A stretch of DNA of 63,961 nt, the filler included, from Atractiella rhizophila (lineage: Eukaryota): the NCBI GenBank assembly GCA_021432655.1. It is 4 parts of 4 records of this genome, joined end to end, with 100 filler letters (N's around TTAATTAATTAA, not from the genome) between each part and the next. Parts side by side here need not be neighbours in the genome. Positions count along the whole stretch, not along the records: positions 1 to 28,937 come from MU271726.1; 3 more parts are not named here. The stretch is one strand, 5' to 3'. Below, piece after piece: positions 12,947 to 24,075 of the stretch. The notes under the pieces are model-generated. The model was not told where the DNA came from, ran no database searches, and saw nothing but the letters and a program-made list of their open reading frames with translations. A program made the translations under genes and the position numbers. The number at the start of each line of letters is the position of its first letter. The first letter of the stretch is position 1.

Positions 12947-15259
12947 GAACCCATACTGTTCATGGACGAACCCATGCGAGGTATTCTCGACATAAGATGG
13001 ACCCTTCGGTGGACCCGAAAAGGACGATTTATGTTTTCGATTCGACTAAGAAGCTGGTCGTTTGCGAACTCTCTGCTCTTCTACTCCTCGGCGTCACGGA
13101 CTGGTCCGTTCTTTTCCCCTTCTTCGGTTGGCTTTGGACATTGCAGTTCGCGGAATCCAGATGAACTTCTGGAACCTTGATGTAACTCAGGGTAAACCTT
13201 GCGCAAATTTCTTAGGACTTCAACCTGTATGATCTCAGCAATTTCCGTAGCTCGAAGCTTTTGAGATCTTTGGTCGTGTCGGCTTCCAACTCCGCTAACA
13301 ACCTCTCCTTTCTACCCATGGACCACTTTCACCGTAACCTCAATTTATGTCTCTCTCTCGCCACTGATCCAGGCCCTCTCAACCCAACAACTCCAATTGC
13401 TCCCACCCAAAAGTGCCTCCATCATCCGCCTCCTGGAGTCATCCAGGTTAATTGGTCCTTCCCTTGAGTCTCCAATTAATTTTCTCTCAGTTCATCCATA
13501 ATGCATTTTGTATTGAAGTCGCAACCATCGTGACGGATGATATATCGTTCGGTGATCCGTCAATAATGCGACAGGATTGCACAAGAATCAATTCATCGAG
13601 AGGATTACCAAAACCAAGCCTTGCACACGGTTTAACCGGCAACGCAACGAGTATATTCCAAACCTCCACCACCGCTTCTTTGTGTACATCCACGCCTGGC
13701 GCCGTAGCCGCGAAGGCGAAGGAGCTGTGTTCGCTTTGCTTTTTGCTTTTGTCCTTGACGACACCGAGACCCAAAGCGAAGTTCAAGCCGGAGAAAAGCT
13801 TGAAAGTGACGACTTCCTCTCTTCACGGATGTGATGTCAAGTTTGATTCCTGCTGAATTCTGGTCAGAATCCGTCAGAATTAAACGATTTCCGCAGTCTG
13901 CGTTTCTCTGTTCTCCACTCCGCCAGAAGATCTTTTCGTTCCCCCCAACCACGGGCGAACCCGAAGAGAAGATGGGGCTAAAAGGAAGGAAGGTTTCCCC
14001 TCTCGGGCGGACCGGAATGGCGATGATTTGGTTGATCCAGCGTTCCAACAGGTTATAAGGAAGCGGAAAGAGGAAGGTTATCGTTTACCTGCGCTGGGAC
14101 CAAATGGTCATTTACTTGCGTTGGATCAAGCGGTCACTTTAGGGAACGCCGGATCAAACCATTTCTTGCGGCTACTGGATCAAACAGTCAGTTTCATAAT
14201 ACTCAGGATGGAAAGTCATTGTTGATGCGGATGCGCAGGATCAAACGCCGTTTGCTGACGGATGGCTGCATCAACGGCGACGGTCCGAAAACAGGGTCCT
14301 GAAAACACTGCCCTTAAGGGACGAGTGAACGTGCTCGAGGGTGACGTCCTCCTCAAAGTCGACAATAAATCCCTCAGGGTCGAAGTCATCTGCCTTAGCG
14401 GAAGAATGGAGAACCGGCAATTGCAGCTAGTGTTGCAAAGAGCCATGGTTGATTCTGGCGCGGATCAAGATGGAGTCGAGCAAACTGAGTCTGGAAGCGA
14501 CCGCGGTTTTATCAAGTCACCATTCTCACTCGGGGTCACATCATGATTCTCACCTGTCGTCATTGGTGCCTACAGAGCCTGTCCCAGAATCCTGCGATGC
14601 CCCAGGGACGATAATCGAGCAAATCATTCTTAGAAGTGCGGCGAATAATACTTCAGTCAAAACCCAAGATGTGTAACTTCCTGTACCAATTTATTCTTCT
14701 TTTCTCAGCATCGGCTCGACTCGACTGCCTTCTCTGCTTCTTCTTCGTTCTTGCTGTCAATCAGCAGAAAGTAGACAGTGATTTGTCTGTAAGTGCATTG
14801 ATGGAGCCCCCAGACTAACAACGATACCGGGCCTTTTCTGTCTACCCCACAAGAAACCTGCGTCATGCTCATGGTTGCGATAGTTAATTTATTCGCCATC
14901 GTGACAAGTGTTGTCACCGCTTCACTTCGCCTTGCTTGAACCCGATCTCTTTCTCGGTTATCTAGGCATCACATATGACATTGCGGGTACGTCCTCTATT
15001 CGTTATTGCTCGGCTTATTGATTTATATGAGATACTGCTCATTATTACCCCGAAAGTTTCTGTCAACGGGTAAGTATCAAGTATCAAACTTCTGTCGTGG
15101 GTGTCTCATTGAACCGCCACAGCATTCTTATCTCAATCGGCGGAGCCCGAGTTAATAAGCCGTCTTCCCAAACAACGTCGTCGGTGGGCATCCCTGATGA
15201 AATTAGACTGGAAGTAAGGCCTTTCTTTGCACGTGAACCAGGCTGAATGGAGTACCATT

Positions 15260-15860
15260 CTAGACGCCTGCAGCTCGAGACATCACATTGGCCAAGGTCA
15301 TTCTGGCAGCACTAATAGCAACTTCAGCAACTTGGACCTTGATCAGTCTTGGCGAAGAGCTTCATGGCTCTAGCGGTAAAAGCTCTATAATTGATCATAA
15401 CAAGAGGAACACCTTGATCAATGTGCTTGGATGGGATGGAGCAGGCAATGATTCACGAGTACTACTCAAGCCCATCTGACCACCACACCTGCGACAACAC
15501 ACTTTCTGGGACTGTTTCCGACAGTGAATGCGCTTCAGTGACCAGAACTTAAGCCCAGCATATCTGATGTAATTGATGAGACATTCACCATCAAAACACA
15601 ATCTCTTGTTCCCTCTGCTCCAACCCTCTCGAATAAGTCAGGTTGGATATAACCCGAGCTTGGACCTGGCACGAAACCACCATGTTCCCACCAGGTTATC
15701 GAATCACTCCCCTCTTCGAGTCTTCCCGCCACTATTCACACCACACCCTCACACATTCTCTCCCCAATCCATCAGATGCTTGTGCTACTCTCAACCGATA
15801 TCAAACAATAGCTAGCCAGGAATTCTTTCAGATGCTAAAGATCCGAAAATTGTAAGTATT
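15260..15860 (+). pseudogene. PIF/Harbinger (DDE_Tnp_4-like) transposase relic 1
   Basis: IIDHNKRNTLINVLGWDGAGNDSRVL fits the Harbinger VDHxxRF...GWxGSxxDxRV motif; downstream DACATLN resembles ACxxLHN; many stops. Confidence 0.55.
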
Positions 15861-16747
15861 CTTTAGGTTGGTGATGGTTGTGCAGTAGCCAACAAGCTGC
15901 TCGTATGTGATACAGTCACACTTCACATATAAAGTGGAGTAGACTTATGATTTTCAGGCACCAACCGTACAAATGTTAGACGAAGCACATTCATATCAAT
16001 AGGTCGCTGCTTGCTTCTGATTTCCGCTCTTTTGTGCTTTCTTTGTACATTGCTTTTGTACACATGGTTTCTGTTTGTTTTTACTTGATTCTTGTTTCCT
16101 ATCAGATGAAGGAGTTCTGACACAGCTTCGTGTTACCATGTAACCACACTGACTTCCGTCATTACATAAGACTGTAAGTTTTCTTATTGCTTTTCACAAT
16201 GTCTGATCACATGAGCTAGACCTTATATGCATTCTGAGCTTAGAAGCAGATTGAAGTTTTCCAGGTCGGTCTTGCCACTCGCTAACGTGCTCTTCGTATT
16301 AACAAAGGTTAATGGGGGTGACAGATTATTTAGTTTGCAGTTCGGACTAATTGGCTTGGTTAGTGGCTTCGACAGTGGTATGTTTACTTGCTGTTATTAT
16401 CGCTAACTTCTGATCCTTGCACGATTTGAGGCAGACAAAAAGTATTGAAAGTTGTGGGAAGCATGGTTAGTACTCTCTTTCTGATATGATGAGAGCGGAG
16501 AGCCCGAGATCTTATTTCAAAAGGTAAACTGCGGTATTGGTTTCGTGCGTAGCAGATTCCTCTGCATTCGAGATAACTTCTAGAAGAGGTATGGTCAAAA
16601 GGTGAGTTTGAGTGGTGTTGCTAGGTATTGAATATATATATTGCAATGCATTTTCATATCAAGAAAGTAAATAATTGTGACCTTGAGGCTGAATATGAAC
16701 TGAAAACAAGCTGAATAAATCCAGAAGCTAATAAAAAGCGGTGCGAG

Positions 16748-16950
16748 GTCTATAGAGTGTAGACTGAATTTTGACGGTAGTGAAAAACGCCGGACTGAAT
16801 TTTGACCGTGGTAGACTGAGTTGATTGTCCTTTCATTTGGCACCGACTGATCTAAAGTCAGTCAGAATCCGTCAAAACTCAGTGGCTGAATACTTACTGA
16901 CTAGTACTGACTTCTGACTGACAAAGGACTGAGTCCATTTTCATAGAGCC
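16748..16950. repeat. MITE-like imperfect palindromic repeat cluster
   Basis: ACTGAATTTTGAC occurs twice, with an inverted GTCAAAACTCAGT and multiple ACTGA/TCAGT words; termini only weakly inverted. Confidence 0.4.
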
Positions 16951-19139
16951 TGAAGAGTGCCCATTGGCATAAGTAAGATGTAAGAAAGTAAAAGGCTACT
17001 CACCTCGCACACTACAACACTGCGTAACGATTAAAAAGACCCTAAGAGTAAAAGACAGATGGTGGTTGTGTGCAAGGGAGAAATGACTGAGACAGATTGG
17101 AAATTGGACACGTAATCAGATAAGTACTTCAACATAGACATTGCACATTAACAATACTTCTAACCCGTATTACATTGGGCCTCATCTTCCAATGTCCCCC
17201 TCTCGACGCATGTGTGTGTGCACTCGCCCCCACTCCAGTTGTATGATTCGCGTTATTCGAACTTGATGTCGGACGCGGACCGGTCTCAAGTCATCTTCCT
17301 CCCCCTCCACCTCCCCACCACTTCACCATCCCCTTCACCTTCCTCGCCCGAATCCTCGGAGCACGTGGATTTGCGGAGGATGACCTTGACGCCTTGTTTG
17401 GCGAGTGCCTGTGCAGTTAAAAATACTACCAAGTCAGTGATTGGCTTCCAAAAAGCAATGGAGGAAGGAAGGGTAGGTACTTCGGTTAATGCGGTGCTGG
17501 TCTGCATGCTTGGGAAGGATTTGGGAGAGTATGCATGGAAGGGGTGAGAGAATTCTCTAGCGAGAGGAGGAGAGAGGGGTGAATCCATCTTCGAGATCAA
17601 GAACCGTGAAGCGGAGGGTACAGGTCCCCTCTGTTCTCACAGCAAGATCATTGCTGCGGTCATGGAACACATATCCATAGATCAGATATCCATAGATCAG
17701 CTTATTATCATGAAGAGAAGCACCAGAGAGACGCACAATATGAAAAGAACGCTAGCATTACCCCACTGATCCTCAACCTCCTGCCTGGGACTGAGATTGC
17801 CAAGTAAGTTCCTAACGACCTCCCTCTCACTCCAAACATGATTCCTCCGCTCCCTTTCTTGTCCCTCTTCCGCGTGCCACAACTCAGCATGACATAGCAT
17901 CGCCTCGCTCTCAAACGCGGAGTCTCTGACAAGGATTCCATTCTCGTCCCTCGCTTTCAAACGAACGTCAGGTGGCAGATCGAGACTGACGATCTGTCGA
18001 CCCGAATCCTGTCATTCGTGACCACGATGTGTGCTGAAGAACCTCTAGTTGGAAGCTGGATGACAATGACATACCTGACTTCAGTCAGAACCTTGGGTCG
18101 ATGCTCTCTGGCCAGAAGGAACACCTATGTGCGTCCCATACCTGCAAATTGACCAGCCTTGAAGTGGATGGTTGGCCCGTATGCTGAGGCGGTGGAGAGT
18201 GGCTGCATCCAATCCAATCTGTGTGAGCTCAAAAATGCCAGAAAAAAGTTATCTTGAAGTATAATATTTCGATCAATGAATTTGAATTCTACTATTTATT
18301 CTTCTAAGAGCGCAGGGTTTCGTTTTCTCTTAGATAAAGTCGTAGAAGTGTGGGATTGTCGATCCTGTCAGAGTTGAATCCTCATTCATTCAAGCGAGTA
18401 CGACGAGTAGTTGGTTTACTCGCTTTCCGACGCCTAAGAACCTCCATTGAATGTTTGTCTGGTCCCATCTTATTCCACTTTGTATTAAAATCGACAGAAA
18501 CCAATCGTATTCTTTTCATTCGACTGACAACTTGAGAAATCCCTTTGAGTTATTCATCTTGGAGACAGACTCAACCACAATAACCAGTGCTACTAGCTGG
18601 CTTTTGGAAAGGGAGCGCGAATACCACATTCCCGCAGTCTGAAGTGCCTGTAAATAGCAACCATGTAATCCAAAAGTCGAAAGTGCGAAAGATGCGGGCC
18701 TTGTAGCACTTCGCACTTTCGACTCTTGCAAACACGCGAAAACCATGCAAATCTGAGGTCTACAATCCTAACTCACATCCCAAGCTCTGTCCTATGACGT
18801 ATTTTAACAAGCAGTCTTGTCCTCCTCTCCTCAAGCGCTTTCGCACATCTTCCCTCTCCCTTACCACAGCCATAAGCATATCAGATCTCTATAATTCACA
18901 AGCTGAGGCCCTGATGAGCATGGTAGCTCTTCAGTTTACAATGCCATCAACTGCAGCCAAGCTTCTCCCTGTCCTTCTGCTTGCTGTTACCAGTCTCTAT
19001 CCTTAGCTGAAGAAGCTTCAGAAGACGGTGAAGATAGCGCTTACACACCTAGAGGCCCATACAAAATGCCTAAATCCCTTGACATATACCCTGTCTATAC
19101 AAATCATATGAGTGAGAGATAGTTGAGAGGGTATTTCAG

Positions 19140-19775
19140 GTGAGTCTCATGACATTTGCACTTGTATTGATGGTCATCAGGATCGGGAAGCCTTGCTTTG
19201 ATTTTATCTGCTCTTTACTTCAAGCCACCGAAACTTTTACTCCGAAGGGAGCAGGAAGGGTTCCTCGACCTGTCCAACATCAATTTGCCACCTTCCTTCG
19301 CTTTATGGGATCTAGTGATACAAACCGACATTTTAGGACGGCGGAATTGACCGCTATTGGCAATGGATCAGTCGGAAACTATGTCAAGCGGGTGATTGTG
19401 GCATTCAGAGAGATACAACATCAATATCTTGCCTGGCTGAATGCTGAACAGCGTAGGAAAACCGCCTTGGATTTTGAAATCCCTGGGTTAGTTGGTAGCA
19501 TTGATTGTTGTCTGTTCTGATTGAGTGAGATTCCCAAAGAAATGACAATGCATTATTACTGCCGAAAGAAGTTCTATGCTGTACGTGAAGTCTGTGGAAC
19601 CGGAAGACTATGGAGTAATATAACAGGTTTGGTTACAGCTCAGGCAGTTGTTGACGCTTCGGGAACGTTCATTAATGTTGAAAAACTGGATGGGGAGGAT
19701 CTCGCACAGACAGCTTCGTCTGGAAATGCTCAGACCTCTTCATGCATTACGAGGATTATCTCTCACCAGGGGAGG
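19140..19775 (+). pseudogene. PIF/Harbinger (HARBI1-like, DDE_Tnp_4) transposase relic 2, 3'-truncated
   Basis: QFATFLRFMG, GNGSV, LVGSIDC, YYCRKKFYA, AQAVVDASGTF and frameshifted GWGGSRTDSFVW; in-frame TGA at 19518. Confidence 0.85.
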
Positions 19776-20006
19776 CTCCGCGAACGGTACGGGTAACGAA
19801 TTTTGACGGACCATTCGGCGGGCTTGCAATCGTCCGAGATCATATTTCTGTCGGACGTGGTAATGCCAGATTATACTCCTTTCCCAACTTGCCTGCCACC
19901 ACTTCGCTCCAGTCCTGAGCTACCAAGAGTAACCAGAAAGTCTGATCTACCGGAGGCCCCATTCGGAGTGCGCCTTCCATCAGTCTTCTCGATCAATGAA
20001 TTCCAT

Positions 20007-20750
20007 CTATTCTCTTTCTCTTTCACCAGTGACATTCGGCGAGCCCGCAATGACCTCTGCCGCCTTCTCAACACTGACACTTTCGGTAAACTTCAGTTGT
20101 TCCCACAAACGTCCGGCACCGGGATAGAGTTTCAAGCGCCGATACCTTTCCGCCATCGAATCAGGTTCGCTCCAATAAGGCACTGAAACTTCCCTCCAGA
20201 GTTGGCAGACATGAGGGAGAATGGAAGAGTTGCCGCCGAAGAAATTGAAGATGAGAGAGAGGAGCTCGGTAGGGAAGCGCTGGATTGAGCATGGAATAAC
20301 CCCTGCAGGTGGAGGCGTCGAGAGTTGGACGATGCTGACTTTGTGGTCGGGAAGGAGTGGGAGGGATGACGATTCATTGTTGCTGATAGGGACGAACCAC
20401 GGAACGCCCCTGGAGTATGAGGCTATGTGGGCGAAGATGGTGTTCCCTGGCAAGACGTCAAAGGTGCCTGTATATGGATCGCAATATGGATCTAGTGAGT
20501 CGACATCTGCCTCACTTCCTTCTTCAGTATCTGATTTGATATCTCTTTCGACAGACGACGCGTGCCCCTCGACCTCCATGAAGGCTACCATAACACAATC
20601 GTAGGTGATGGTGACGCAAAGATTGGCCACAACGTCATTCTCTACCGCCTTTTCGGGATATTCGAGCGATAAATAGGACAATTTCGACGACATCCACGAA
20701 AGATCTCCGTACGTGAACCGACGAGGTAAGGCAAAAGTGATCCGTAGCAT
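20007..20750 (-). CDS. F-box domain protein (partial, possibly decayed)
   Basis: IQRFPTELLSLIFNFF...ILPHVCQLWREVS matches the fungal F-box pattern. Confidence 0.65.
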   Translation of the reverse strand: MLRITFALPRRFTYGDLSWMSSKLSYLSLEYPEKAVENDVVANLCVTITYDCVMVAFMEVEGHASSVERDIKSDTEEGSEADVDSLDPYCDPYTGTFDVLPGNTIFAHIASYSRGVPWFVPISNNESSSLPLLPDHKVSIVQLSTPPPAGVIPCSIQRFPTELLSLIFNFFGGNSSILPHVCQLWREVSVPYWSEPDSMAERYRRLKLYPGAGRLWEQLKFTESVSVEKAAEVIAGSPNVTGERERE

Positions 20751-21282
20751 TTGAATCGACGGAGGTAGGCGAGATAAGAAAGAGGGAAGAATGGAGAAGT
20801 GGGAGACTCGGAGCCATAGATAGAGTTGTATCGTGGGGTGATGATGTTGATTCCAAGGGTCGAAAGGAATGAATTACAATGAAGTTATAATGGGCTTTTT
20901 ATACCTTAAGGAACTCGGCAAAATGAGAGAAACTGCAAAGGGGAAAGAAAACTAGAGCCACAAATGACAGTGGCACGAATGCAGCTTAAAATGGTGCCAA
21001 ACTCTGACAGATGACATGGATGAGTGCCGTCAAGTTCGCTTCCTGGCATCGGATAGGTGTTTGGGCTTCAGCCATTTACGGGGGAATGACATCAAACAGT
21101 TCTGTTAGAGGAGGAGAAAGCCAAAGTCAGAGATCGCTTGTGCCTGAGTTGTATTGTCTGCCGACGAAACTGAATCCATCTCGAATTTCAAAGTGGGATG
21201 GGCGTGACGGAAAACAGAACGGTGAAAATGCACCGTTCCTTAGAAATTGTGATATGTATGCTGAAAGTGCATGTCTGAGGGA

Positions 21283-21622
21283 AGGGTCGGAGTCGGTCGG
21301 CGTTAAAACTGTCCAATGGGGGGTCAGACCTGCCCATTTAAGTCAAAATTGATTCAGACTTAGATTTTTTGGGTCCTCCAACTTCAGCAGACCTGTCGAC
21401 AAACTGGTCGCCCCAAGGGTTTTGCGCAGGCGGCCGTCGGCCGTGCGCTCAAAAGGGGTTTTGTGATCAATTTCGGGGCAAACTGGTCACCCAGGGGTTT
21501 GCGTAAGCGGTCGGAGGCTGCAAGCGAAAAATGGTTTTGCGCTTCAATTTTGAGAAAATTTGCAGCTAAAAAGCAGGTCAAAACTGGTCAACCAGTTTTA
21601 TCGCCGACCAACTCCAACCCCT
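21283..21622. mobile_element. MITE of about 340 bp with about 30-bp TIRs (Harbinger/Tourist-like)
   Basis: Left AAGGGTCGGAGTCGGTCGGCGTTAAAACTG versus reverse complement of the right end AGGGGTTGGAGTTGGTCGGCGATAAAACTG (26/30); internal AAACTGGTC three times; TTA at the right flank only. Confidence 0.7.
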
Positions 21623-21779
21623 TAGGCGACAGGTCTGCTGAAACAACCACGCTTTGCGTAAGTGGATGAAGTTTACAAATAGTAGATTTAGTTGATAGAT
21701 GTTGATAGCTGTTGATAGATGCCAACAAAAATTGCTGAACATGAGTGAGCAAAATCCTTATATAAAAAGCACGAAGGGT

Positions 21780-23030
21780 CTGACCATGACTCACACATGT
21801 ACTTTGGAGCTATTTTCCGCAGTGCAACATGCCTCCTTACTTTACAAGACTCCAACCCAGCAGGCTTGCTAGCTCGAGCTTGTCGGGAGTCATTCTTCTC
21901 TAAATTCTCTTCTCCGCTACATAAGATATTCCACCGCTCCAAAATTAGCTTCCCTCACTACCTTGAAACACTGGATCCTCTCCCCCTCCCACCTTCCTCC
22001 CTCCCTCTTTTCGCCGCTGGTATCCCAGACTTGACGCATACGACAGCATCTCGAATATTAGAACCGACCTCCACATATTTACGGATGGGTCCAGCACTTC
22101 AGATGGGGTAGCAGTGGCAGCAGTGGCCGGAGAAGGCGAGTGTAGAAGAGTGAGACTAGGCGAAGAAAGGATAAACTCAGTCTTTGAAGCTGAACTTGTG
22201 GGTAAGACTGGGATTGGCGTTAATATTCCAATACCAGGACCCTCCTCCCAACGTGGTCATTCTTACAGACAGCCAGAGTGCCATCCTGGCTCTTTCGAAC
22301 TGCCCAAAGTGTCGAGAGGGTCAACACATTGTGCTCGATATCCATTCTCACTTCGAAAAGCTCTTGAAAGCTTTCCCATATGTCTGTGTCAGACTACAGT
22401 GGATCCCGGGACACATGGAGCTTGAGGGAAACGAAATGGCAGACTTCCGAGCGCGAGAAGCAACAAAATGAGGAACATTCCTACCCCATATTCGTTCCCT
22501 TTCAGCCCCACCGCCTATGCGCAGATCATCTGTACTTCTATCGAACCTGCAGGAGATTATGACGACGACGTAGCCAAACATTACATCAAAGCGGAAGGAC
22601 TCTCATCCACCGAGACGTTCAACATGCTTGCCGAGCTCCCTCGACCGGTGACCTCAGTTTTGGTGCAGCTTAGATCAGGTCATATAGGATCGGGGGACTA
22701 CCTGCACAAAGGAAGGTCCAGGATTCCCCCTTGTGTGAGTTCTGTCGTTCCCGAGAGACGGTGCAGCATTATCCCCAGCAATGCAATAGGTACAAGCGCC
22801 AACGAGAAGTACTCAAGAAGGACCTTGCGAAGGAGTCTGCCTCACAAGCAATGCGGCCATTGCCAATCCGCGTGCCATACCAGCTCTGTGGCAATTCATA
22901 CGCACCTCACGACGATTCCCACACCATGCTCGTTCCACAGAGAGGGTTCTGTGCTTCAAGAAAAAGAAATACGAAGAAACCAAGTTGAAGACCATCCGAG
23001 TAGGAGTGGGGTAGTTGGCGCCCCGGATTA
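21780..23030 (+). mobile_element. 5'-truncated LINE relic (Tad-like) with RNase H and C-terminal zinc-knuckle-like motif
   Basis: HIFTDGS, VFEAEL, TDSQSAI, WIPGH..LEGNEMAD, LVQLRSGH and CEFCRSRETVQHYPQQC, spread over frameshifted frames. Confidence 0.85.
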
Positions 23031-23794
23031 AACTAGTCGACTAGTCGACCGACTTAAGTTGTGCCTTTCACAGCCTCACCTCCATCTTAATTACCCTTCG
23101 TAACTCTTTACACACTTCTATTTATTTTCACTCTTTTATTCCTTTCTAAAAAGATCCTATGCACACATTGACAAACACGATGACAGCATCCTTTTACGCA
23201 TTGCGACGTCTCATCCTTCCTGTGGGGATTGAACCTCAACTAGCCATCTACGAAGCCAGGCCACATCTTGCTGCCTCCGAATCGACAATTACTGGCACGG
23301 AAGAAATGTAGTGGGAAGGGGAATCAATAAAGGGGATGCAGGAGGAGGATTCCAGTGTCGCTACAAGTCTTGTAGAAGAATGATCGTAGAAAGCTCTGTA
23401 ATTTGATCACAACAACAACAACAACGGACAACGAAGAGACAGGGAGATAGGTTGTGGGAGGTGTCAACTAGGGTACAACAGGGAGGAAAAGAGGAGCTGT
23501 CATCTGTCGATGCTCCTCTCGCCTTTATGAGCAGTTTCATGACTTTATCAGTTGCAAAAAGATGGTATAATATGATTTCATCATCATTATTACGTCGACA
23601 ATCATAGCAGTCCCCAAAAACGCCTGGGATATGATTCGAAGCTAGAGAGATGATAGCCTTGATCTTGGACAGTGAACAGTGTGAACAGTAATCACACCGT
23701 GCTTAACGATTATCTGTTCAATATTAAGGCTGTCGATTCCCCTCAGTGCCCACCCTGTGGGGAACGGGACAGCATTCATCATTCATTCTTATTC

Positions 23795-23944
23795 TGTTGC
23801 TTGGAGATGTGTAAAATGTTAGTAATACTTCCTTCATGAACATTCTGGAAGTTTCTATTTGCCACAAGCTCTCATGTATATAAACACCTGTTCTTGTGTT
23901 TCTGCTGCTCATGCGTTTGCAAGGGCTCAGCCAAACGTAATACA
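23795..23944 (+). repeat. Solo-LTR-like element (about 150 bp)
   Basis: TG...CA ends; near-identical to the 12788-12946 copy in its 5' part; shares a 33/34 match (GCTCATGCGTTTGCAAG.GCTCAGCCAAACGTAA) with the adjacent Copia LTR. Confidence 0.65.
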
Positions 23945-24075
23945 TTTGTTTGAGGTTAACAAAGCAGCAGAGAAAAACAACATATTCTGCCCTTCATTAA
24001 GGCCTTTCTCGTATTTTTGAGAGAAACTGCACGTCTTCCGAATTACTTTCAGTGATCTATTTCGTTTAAAATACT

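Noticed and set aside
8753..13965. Trypsin-like protease motif (SGSPV) on the minus strand at the three motif copies
   Set aside because: Identity is at the nucleotide level, flanking peptides are unrelated, one copy has Thr in place of Ser, and no His/Asp motifs were seen.
23215..23280. B-box-like GGTTCAATCC on the minus strand (tRNA or SINE)
   Set aside because: No cloverleaf or convincing A-box could be built.
23409..23425. Short (CAA)n tract as the 3' tail of the LINE relic
   Set aside because: About 400 bp from the last motif and no TSD; an ordinary microsatellite is equally likely.
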